From positions 74,462,001 through 74,526,000 of the forward strand of contig OX597819.1 of NCBI GenBank assembly GCA_951406725.2: a stretch of 64,000 nt of DNA. The letters are read 5' to 3'. Numbering within the stretch: the first letter of the stretch is position 1; each line of letters starts with the position of its first letter. The translations under genes and the position numbers were made by a program. This document shows, piece by piece, positions 54,345-64,000 of this stretch. The stretch is from Octopus vulgaris. Its lineage: Eukaryota. The notes beneath the pieces were generated by a model, which was given only the letters and a program-made list of their open reading frames with translations, did no database searches and had not been told where the DNA came from.

Positions 54345-56025
54345 ATTTATTTTTACTATTGATCGGACGCTGTTATAGATTTAAGTATCTCATTTTTGAC
54401 AGAAATGAACGGGGGGACTCGATGGCCTAATGAGTAAAGGTGGGTGCAGATGAACAAGGTGAAGGGAGATTCTGAACAATCTTGTCCTGGGTGTTCAAGA
54501 CAGATCAGCATGTAGGTGATATTTTTTTTTTTTTGTTTCATCAAGGATGTTTAAAAAAAACAACTCTTGACTATAGTTGTAGATAGAAATTGAAACCTCT
54601 ATCTTCATACGAGATTATTAATTAAATTACCTACCCTTTTGCCCATTAGGTCATCAAAGCAACATCTGAAAAAGCAGCTTAAAATGAGATATTTAAATCT
54701 ATTTTTATTATCGATCGGATGCTGTTATAGATTTAAGTATCTCATTTTCCACAGAAATTAATTGGTAAAGGTGTGTGAAAGGAGATTCTGAACAACCTTG
54801 TCCTGAGGTTCAAGGGTTCAAGACAGATCAGGATGTAGATAAGATTTTTTTTTGTTTAATCAAAGATGTTAAAAAAAAAACCTCTTGATAATAGTTGCAG
54901 ATAGAAATTGAAACCCTCTATCTTCATACATCATCATCATCATCATCATCGTTTAACGTCCGTTCTCCATGCTAGCATGGGTTGGACGGTTCGACCAGGG
55001 TTCTGGGAAGCCAGAAGGCTGCACCAGGCTCCAGTCTAATCTGGCAATGTTTCTACAGCTGGATGCCCTTCCTAATGCCAACCACTCCGTGAGTGTAGTG
55101 GGTGCTTTTTACGTGCCACCTGCACAGGTGGATTATTAAATCACCATTAGGCCATTAGGCCATCAAAGCAACAGCTGAAGAAGCAGTTTAAAATGAGATA
55201 TTTAAATCTATTTTTATTATCGATCGGATGCTGTTATAGATTTAAGTATCTCATTTTCCACAGAAATTAATTGGTAAAGGTGTGTGAAAGGAGATTCTGA
55301 ACAACCTTGTCCTGGGGTTCAAGGGTTCAAGACAGATCAGGATGTAGATAAGATTTTTTTTTGTTTAATCAAAGATGTTAAAAAAAAAAAAACTCTTGAT
55401 AATAGTTGCAGATAGAAATTGAAACCCTCTATCTTCATACAAGATTATTAAATCACCATTAGGCCATTAGGCCATCAAAGCAACAGCTGAAGAAGCAGTT
55501 TAAAATGAGATATTTAAATCTATTTTTATTATTGATCAGATGCTGTTATAGATTTAATTATCTTATTTTCCACAGAAATTAATGGGGGATATCCAAAGGA
55601 CTTGTGAGTAATGGCACAGATAAATAATGTGATAGGACATCCTGCATAATCTGGTACTGGGTTCAAGACAGATGAAGGTGTGAGTTTTTTTTTTCTATCA
55701 ACAAGATAAGAGTAGTTGTAAGTAGAGATTGAAACCTCTATCATGTTACAATGTTATTGATGTTAATCATCAACACCTTTATCCAGGGAGCCATTTCAGC
55801 AACAAGAACAAACTTGAGAGTGTGATATTTGAATCTGTTCTTATTAATGATCTGAGGCTGTGATAGCTTTAAATTTCTCACTGAACGTAGAAGTGGGAAG
55901 GACCTGGTAAATTTCTGGGTTAATAGCATGGTGAGGCAGAACAACAGCTTAAATGGAAGATTCTGTCCATGGTTCAATACTGGGCAGAGTGGAAATGAAA
56001 ATTGTGTCTTTTCCTTTTTTTTTAT
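54345..56025 (+). repeat. Tandem array of ~310-350-bp units (4 clear + 1 diverged)
   Basis: Anchor GATCGGATGCTGTTATAGATTTAA at ~54361, 54713, 55222, 55534 and (diverged) 55849; unit 2 is interrupted by an RTE tail at 54930-55130. Confidence 0.9.
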
Positions 56026-57265
56026 GTCTATTACTCTTTTACTTGTTTCAGTCATTTGACAGTGGCCATGCTAATACTGGTTGTATTAACTAAAATGGCA
56101 ACCACCATATTGCATTGAATAACTGTACCAGAACCGACAACATACTACAAGAATAGAAAAGGAATTTAAAACTCAAAATCATTCTTTTCACAAGAATTAT
56201 GTAATCCCTTCATTAGTATGTTTCAGTCATAACGAACCATGTGCCAAGAGTTGATTTTTCAGAGCCATTTTAATGAATTGCTGGCAGACTTCCTTAATAC
56301 TGTGAAGTATATCGTATTTTAAGAACTGGTTATTAATACCACTTAACTACAGCAGTACCATAAAATATACCAAACATACAAAGCAGCCCATGTGTTCCTA
56401 TTTCCTTTCCTTTCTCTCTCAACTTTCATTCCTTAACCATGAACGTCCTTAACATTTTTGTTGCTTTTTGTATTTGATATATGCTTTATATCTTTGTTTC
56501 AGTCATTTGAACTGTGGCCATGCTGGAGTGCCACATTAAAGAATTCCAGTTGACTGCATTGATTCCCCCCCCCATACTTATTCTATTGGTCTCTTTTGCT
56601 GAAAAACTGCATTGCAGGGACGTATACTCAGCAAAGCTAGTTGTCAGGAGGTGGTGGGGGACAAACACACACACACACATAACCCTATCTACTATAGGCA
56701 TAAAACCTGAAATCTGAGGGCAGGGGGACAGTCGATTACATCAACCCCTACTCAACAGGTACTTATTTTATCAACCCCAAATGGAATGTCGACTTCAGTG
56801 GAATTTGAACTCAAAACGTTAAGACAGATGAAATGCTGCTAAGCATTTTGCCTGGCGTGCTAACGAGTCTGCCAGCTCATAACCTTACACACACACACAA
56901 ACACATAATGGTTGCAAATTTTGCCACAAAGGCAGCAATTTGTGAGGAGGGAGTGAATTGATTATATTGACCCCAGTGAAACACTGGTATTTATTTTATC
57001 AACCCCCGAAAGGATGAAAGGTAAAGTTGGCTTCAGTGGCTTCAATTTGAAATTGCAACATAGTGACAGGCGAAACACAGCCAAGCATTTCGTCTAGTGC
57101 ACTAATGAGTCTGCCAACCCCATCGCCTTACATGTAATGACAAGGTCTTTCAGTTTCTGTCTACCAAATCCATTCACAAGGTCCAAGGCTCTAGCAGAAG
57201 ACCAAGGTGCCATGTGTTTGGGAAGTAACCCTTCTTATCACACACCCTGCACCTATATCTATCTA

Positions 57266-57310
<45 letters not shown>

Positions 57311-58959
57311 TCCTTTATTTGTTTCAGTCATTTGACTGTGGCCATGCTGGAGCACTGCCTTTAGTTGAACAAATCGACCCCATGACTTATTCTTTGTAAG
57401 TCTAGTACTTATTCTATCAGTCTCTTTTGCTGAACCGCTAAGTAACAGGGCTGTAAACACACCTACATCGGTTGTCAAGCGGTGGTGCAGAGACAAACAC
57501 ACACACATATATCACAGGCTTCTTTCAGTTTCCGCCTACCAAATCCAGTCAGAAGGCTTTGGTTGGCCCGAGGTTATAGTAGAAGACATTTGCCCAAGGT
57601 GCCATGCAGTGGGACTGAACCCAGAACCATGTAGTTGGTAAGCAAGCTACTTACCACACAGCCACTCCTACACCTATATATATATATCCATATACAAAAT
57701 ATTCGTCTTTAATTTTTTGTTGTGTTTTTCCTTGGGATCAGCAAATTCACGTCTCAACAGCAAATGTGAATGAAAAAAAAATGATTGGAATAAACAAACA
57801 TTTAAAAATTTATTTCTATAAAATAAAACAAACAACAATTTACAAGAGATTTGGAGGGAGGAGGAGGAGGGAGAGAGATGGTCGAAGAGTAACAATAAAA
57901 ATTAAAACAACAACAATATAGATATATGGAATGATATATATTTGGAATGCTTACAAGTTATTCAAACCGAACATTACAATATATTATTTATGTGAATGGG
58001 TGAATGGTTTGGTAACTTGCAATCAGATGTCTTATAAAAAAAAAATACACACTCGGTATTCATAACCCCAAAAAGAAAGAGATATATATATAGGATAGCA
58101 TATTATGTACATATATATATTATATTATATACATATTAATATATATATATATATATTATATTATATTATATACATATTAATATACTGCATGTATTTGAAT
58201 AGAAAACCTTACTTGAAGGGTGACCATCATTGTTTTTTAATGAAACAGGTTTGAAAAAATGTTTTGTTTTATTTGTTTTTGGATCAACATGAATAAATTT
58301 ATTATTATTTTCAAAAGTATAGCAACCACTCACAATCACACACAATACCATCAGAAAATGTGATATGGGCAGGGTGACAGTTTCTTAGAAAAATCCTTTC
58401 CTTATATACAAGCGTGTATGCTGTGTGTATGTGTGTATATGCATGTATATATTTCATCCTTAAACTTGGTAGAATTTTAGTTGAAGTATAAACTTCACTT
58501 TTGTATGTGCAAGAAATGGTAAAAAGCATTTTGGCAGAGAAGTCCAGGATTATCTTATAACAGAACATAAGAATTGCATTGACAATGCAAGCTAATGGCA
58601 AAAACTCTAGCTAGAAATAACAGCCAAATCTCCCTCAAATCACATGCTGCCATTTCTGTTTTAAAAAATGGCACATTGGAATATTGTGATATTGGTGCAC
58701 TACATTGAAATAAAGATGGATGGTCACAACTGGAACATCTTTGACGTGGGGGCTACACAACAGAGTCCCAAGTCAGGAAGGTTTGTAAAAAGTCATTTCT
58801 TGAAAATTGTTCCTACCAATATTCAATAGGAAGAATTTGTTTCTAAGGAATTTCTAGTCAGCATCAGAAACACAGTGAGAAGAATTCTTGGCTAGAAAAG
58901 CATCATTGTGGAGAGTTCTTTAGACGAGGTTGGTTAGTCTGAGGGAAGACATGCTTGCT

Positions 58960-59280
58960 GAGATCAAAAGTTCTCTAGAAAGATTTCAGATTAATTTTAT
59001 AGACGAAAGTAACATTACTTGGAGATCAAGGAGTCTTTCCGGGTCAAGCTGCCACTTCTCTGCTTTGGAAGGTAATAGTTCCAGTATTACAGACATGTGA
59101 TAGAATGTCTCAGGAAAGAATTGTAAGATGCATTCTTCAAGCTAAGCCAAGCCAACTGGCAAGAGACCAAGAATGAGATGGTTGGATAATAATCGTAATC
59201 TCAACTGGTCCCACTTCTGATGGGACTCTACCAGGAATAGGGGACAGAAAAAAATGGATAGACAAAAGTAATGTTAACAA
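58960..59280 (+). mobile_element. Old RTE-like LINE 3' fragment
   Basis: GKRPRMRWLDN motif; heavily decayed. Confidence 0.45.
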
Positions 59281-60899
59281 AATTCCAGACACACGAAGAT
59301 ATTACCTAGCACCTGACATGCAGGAGTCAATATTCTGGCTAAGGTAAGTTTTGGCAGTGCCAAACCAGCTCAACCATTTGGATACAAAAATCATTTTGGC
59401 AATTTGACGCTAAGAAGATTTCTATATGGAAAGCTGGTTGAACTTAGCATGCAGTACTTGGTTCGTTAACAAAATATTTGCTAATTACATATAGCGTTCT
59501 TATAGAAATTAGCAGTTCCATACTGAAAACAAGGTGAGCCAATATGTGTTAAGTGCATTTCCTAACCAGGTACAGAAGGACAAGACTCTTGACCAATTCC
59601 ACTGCTCGCTGCACATGTAAACACCAAAATGAGCCAAAGAGGGAACCCATACATGGTTGCTTAGCCTGCTAGAAATAATAAGCAAATCTCCTTCAAATCA
59701 CACCATACATCTATAAAAAGGGGGTAGAAGATGTGTGTATCCAGGATATCCAAAGACAAAATCATTTTTTTACCATTATACAATATTTTATTTTTGCATT
59801 GGTTTCAGTTATTGAACAGTGGCCATGCTGGGGCACAACTTTCAAGGGTTTTTGGTTGATCACATCAACTGTAGTCCCTATTTCAACTTGATAGTTATTT
59901 TATCGATCTCTTGTCCAACTGTTTGGTCACAGGACATAAGCAACCACACCAGTTTGGCTTTGACCATTGGAACGATCACTATCTGAAACAATTTTGATCA
60001 TAGTTCTGCTCAATTAAAGCTGACCCAGGGCTAAACAACAACATAGCAGCCATGGCTGCCACATAAGGGAAGGTCATATTAAATAATACAGTAGAGTCAA
60101 AGAGTTGGCATAGCTTCAATGGTAATTGTGCTGGATCAGATCTATGGCCTAGGGCTAAATAACAACAACAAGATGGGGGAGGGGGAGATTTTAGTTAAAT
60201 AAAATAGAAAATATAGCAGGAATGCAATTGTTGTTGTTGTTAGTGTTGAATTATGATGATGATGATGATGTATTTGGTTTAAGTTTTCTTGTTAACGATA
60301 ATGATGATGATGATGATGGAGTTGTTCAGTTGCTGTAAATGTTGTTCATGTCATCATAGAAGTGGTGGAATTGTAGTTGTTGATTAACCCTGGCCTCACC
60401 CTGATCAAAGTAAATCCAATCGTGACCATCACGTCTTTTGTGTGTGTACCAATCAAAAACTACATTATGCAGTGGTATTCTTCAAGAGGGAGATTTGGCT
60501 GCCATATTAGATCTATTGTGGATGATTATTAAAAATGATGATGCTTCATAAAAAAAAAAATGATTCTTGCTGTAGAGAAAAGAAAGACACACCTGAGTAT
60601 ACGAGGCTTCAGGTGTGTCTTTAATGTCTCTAGTCACCTGACCAATCATGCCCACCACTCCTTTCATCTGCTTCAAATAAGTAGTAATCACAACTCCTTG
60701 TCACATACAAACATTCACATGCGGATATTTGCATATACATACGCTTATGGGCATCGACACACGCAAATATACATACACAAATTAATTTGGATAATACATA
60801 TATTTGAAAATTCAGCAAATTATATATAATAACTTACACACACATATATATATATATATATATTGTTTTTTAAAAGCATCGAATGTATGTATATATATA

Positions 60900-60932
<33 letters not shown>

Positions 60933-60967
60933 GCATACATATAAAATGAGACACAAACACACATTTA

Positions 60968-61012
<45 letters not shown>

Positions 61013-62127
61013 GTACACAGTCACGCAAAACTATTTTTAACATTATATAATACTTTATATAATTATATCATGTATATTATTTTATTTTTATGCTGGTTTC
61101 AGTCATTGGACTACAGCCATGCTAGGGCACTGCCTCGAAGGGTTCTTTTAGTCAATCACATCGACCCCAATATTTAATTCAGTCCGGAACTCAACTAATC
61201 AAACTGCTAAGTTAACGGACATAAGCAACACACTGGTTTGGTTTTCACCAGTGTAAATATGAACACAAACATAATACAGACATACACATGAGTGTGTGGA
61301 AATAGATGACAGACTTCAACACAGTTTCCACCAACTGCATTTCACTTGAAAGGTATTGGTTACTCCAGGGTGGCATACTATGGGACTGAACCTAAAACCA
61401 CATGATTGCCAAGCAAACCTCTTAATCACATAGGCAAGCAGGCATACATACATAGATATATAACTGGTAGGTTGTCGGTTGATCTGATCAACAGAACAGC
61501 CTGCTCATGAAATTAATGAGCAAGCAGTTGAGCACTCTGTGGAGTGCTTGGGGAGATTCAGCCTGATGCTGAATGTGACAAGGCCAACCCATTTGAATTA
61601 CTGGTACGACTCATGGGCAACAGGAAATAAAGTGTCTTGCTTAAGGGCACAATGCACTGCTGGAAATCGAACCCATGACCACATGATCCTGAGCTGAATA
61701 TGCCAAAACTAAACCTGGAACCTTTACTATAAATACATTTATAAACACACACACATGTTTCTAGTAGGAGGGAGAAGGTTGACATATATATATATATATT
61801 TTTAATATATATTTTTTTTTCTTTTTAATTTATAACAAAACTGATAATAAAGATTAGAAACAATATCAACTCTGAAGTTCCAACAAGTTTTTTAAAAAAA
61901 TAGAAACCAGGAAAAAAATGAAAATAAAAAATAAGCGAAATCTTCATCCGATATTTATGGAATCCAACAAGTTTTGGGGTCAAGAATGCTCCCAGCCAAA
62001 TAACAAGTTGAGAAAGGGAACAGGTTTGTCTTTTTTGTTTTGTTTTGTTTTTTTCTTGTTTTCTCTTGAAATTTGTAACATTCTTCATTTTCTCCAACAA
62101 GGAGTTGTGTCCAATAAAATGCCCTCA

Positions 62128-62286
62128 TTATTTGTCTGAAGCAATATAACTCAAGTTACCCCCTGAAGTAGCATTTTCTAACATTTTCTCAATGTCGGAT
62201 TCATTGAGACCCAATATTTCAGGAAGGATGTCACTCTTACAATCCTCTTGACTCTCCTCGAATGCTATTTCCATGGGCAGTTGACC
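62128..62286 (-). CDS. Probable last coding exon of an unidentified gene (possibly the end of an ankyrin repeat)
   Basis: Strong acceptor (ctgtgtctttgttttggctcttttcag|) then open frame GQLPMEIAFEESQEDCKSDILPEILGLNESDIEKMLENATSGGNLSYIASDK-TAA, followed by AT-rich UTR-like sequence. Confidence 0.55.
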   Translation of the reverse strand, partial: GQLPMEIAFEESQEDCKSDILPEILGLNESDIEKMLENATSGGNLSYIASDK

Positions 62287-62819
62287 CTGAAAAGAGCCAA
62301 AACAAAGACACAGATTTAATTATCAACCAACGCATTGGACATTTTGTACTCTAGCCTTTCAATCTACAGCTTATGAGAACACAGATTTTGTGGTAAGACG
62401 GTTTGATGTCTATTTCTAGCATACAAGGGATCCATGTAGTGGTTTCTCCTATTGCTTATTTAGTTATCCACATTCTAGAAATAGCAGCCAAATCTTTTTC
62501 AAATCACGGTAAATTTATAGCTTCACACCAGACTCAATTTCAGTACAAAATAATTTTTCCATGCGTTTTTTTTTTTTTTGAGGGGGTGGTGTTGTCTTAG
62601 TTGACCTCATATGCTGTTGGAAATGCATTTTTCTGCAAAAAACAGGGGAGCAGAGCTTAGAGTAGTCCTGTATATCTTCTGTCTCCAGATTTGTGCAGGA
62701 ATTGATCCTTTACTGGCAATCTGTATATAATTTTGGTGCAGCAATTATTTTTGCTTTCTGTACAGAAAACAGAATCGATCACATGCCAGCGGGAGAAACT
62801 AGGAGTAGTTAATAGTTTC

Positions 62820-63735
62820 CATGACCAAGTCTGTAGTGAGGGTAGCAACTAGAGTAAGAATAGCCTGGGCAAAGTTCGGGGAGCTCCTACCTTTGCTGGC
62901 AACTAAGGACCTCGCTCAGGATGAAAGGTAGACTGTATGATGCATGTGTGTGAACTGCCATGCTATACGTCAGTGAAACATGGGCCATGAATACTTGAAA
63001 GAAATTATGCTAGTATGATCCACTGGATGTGTAATGCCAGTGTGCAGGTGCCCTGAGGGAAAAGTTGGGCATAAGAAGCATCAGATGTGGTGTGCAAGAG
63101 AGGCTTCTGCACTGGTATGGTCATGTGTTACATATGAATGAAGACTGTGTGTAAGTGCCACTCCCTAACTGTAGAAGGAACCTGTGGAAGAGGTAGACCC
63201 AGGAAGACATGGGATGAGGTGGTGAAGCATGACCTTCAAACATTGGGCCTCACAGAAGCAATGACAGGAGACCAGGACCTTTGGAAATATGCTGTAATTG
63301 AGAAGACCCAGCAACTAAAGTGAGATTGCAGCCATGCACGTCCAGCCCTGTTAAGTATAACCCTGATGAAACAAGCAATATATGCGTGAGAACACCTGTT
63401 GAGTCAAGTAAAACCAATATCATAGCTGTGGCCAGTGGCATGTAAAAACCACCAACCAATCATGGCTGATGCCAGTACCCACTGAGTGGCTCTTGGTATG
63501 TAAAAAGCACCATCTGAATGTGATCACTGCCAGGCCTGCCTGACTGGCTCCTGTGCCAGTGGCATATAAAAAGCACCCACTACACTCAGTCATTGATGCT
63601 AAGAAGGGCATCCATCTGTAGAAACACTGCCAGATCAGATTGGAGGCTGGTGCAGCCTACTAGCTTTCCAGACCTCAGTCAAGCTGTCCAACCCATACCA
63701 GCATAGAAAATGGACATTAAACAATGATGCTGATT
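62820..63735 (+). mobile_element. RTE LINE 3' end with 3' UTR and (ATG)n-like tail
   Basis: RIAWAKFGELLPLL, GRGRPRKTWDEVVKHDL; the UTR matches the many CATCATCGTTTAACGTCC fragments in the window. Confidence 0.88.
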
Positions 63736-63739
63736 ATGT

Positions 63740-64000
63740 AGCAGAGATAAATAAATACCTGGCCAGGTATTGGTGTAGATAGTTTGAACGAATAGCCGGC
63801 CTTTTCACTCATTCTTTTAAATCTCACCAAAAATGTTCGATGCATGTGGGTGTCAACAAAATTTTCTTTGTGCTTTATCATGTAATGCTGATAACCCAAT
63901 GTTTGTACTGAGAATCACTGTAGATAACTGAGCCAGGTTTGATGTATTTTTAAATTGGTGGAAGCAATGTTGCTTCATCACACTTCTGACTAGTTAGAGG
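63740..64000 (-). mobile_element. Merlin (IS1595/ISXO2-like) transposase fragment
   Basis: Minus frames EATLLPPI*KYIKPGSVIYSD and GYQHYMIKHKENFVD resemble the PGT.I.SD and H..VNHS..FVD motifs. Confidence 0.65.

Overview
AT-rich, repeat-dense eukaryotic DNA with spliced genes. The SINE/LINE/Penelope content and huge (TA)n arrays suggest an octopus or other coleoid cephalopod (inference). One multi-exon cytosolic alpha-carbonic anhydrase gene lies on + (six coding exons at 4658-21430; first exon not identified). It keeps all three Zn-binding His but has Leu at the His64 proton-shuttle position. A probable last exon of a second gene lies on - at 62128-62286. The rest is mostly decayed mobile DNA: Tc1, mariner, hAT, Merlin, a putative Helitron, MITEs, CR1/L2-group and RTE LINEs, Penelope-like elements (PLE) and several tRNA-derived SINE families. 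The most interesting signal is about nine minimal type I hammerhead ribozyme motifs. Two belong to a tRNA-headed, hammerhead-carrying short element inserted as a head-to-head palindrome with a 10-bp TSD in a carbonic anhydrase intron. Also notable are a ~310-bp tandem array of Pol III-like units, a SINE/LINE shared 3' tail, and nested local inverted duplications around a Tc1. All calls were made by eye; no database searches were run.
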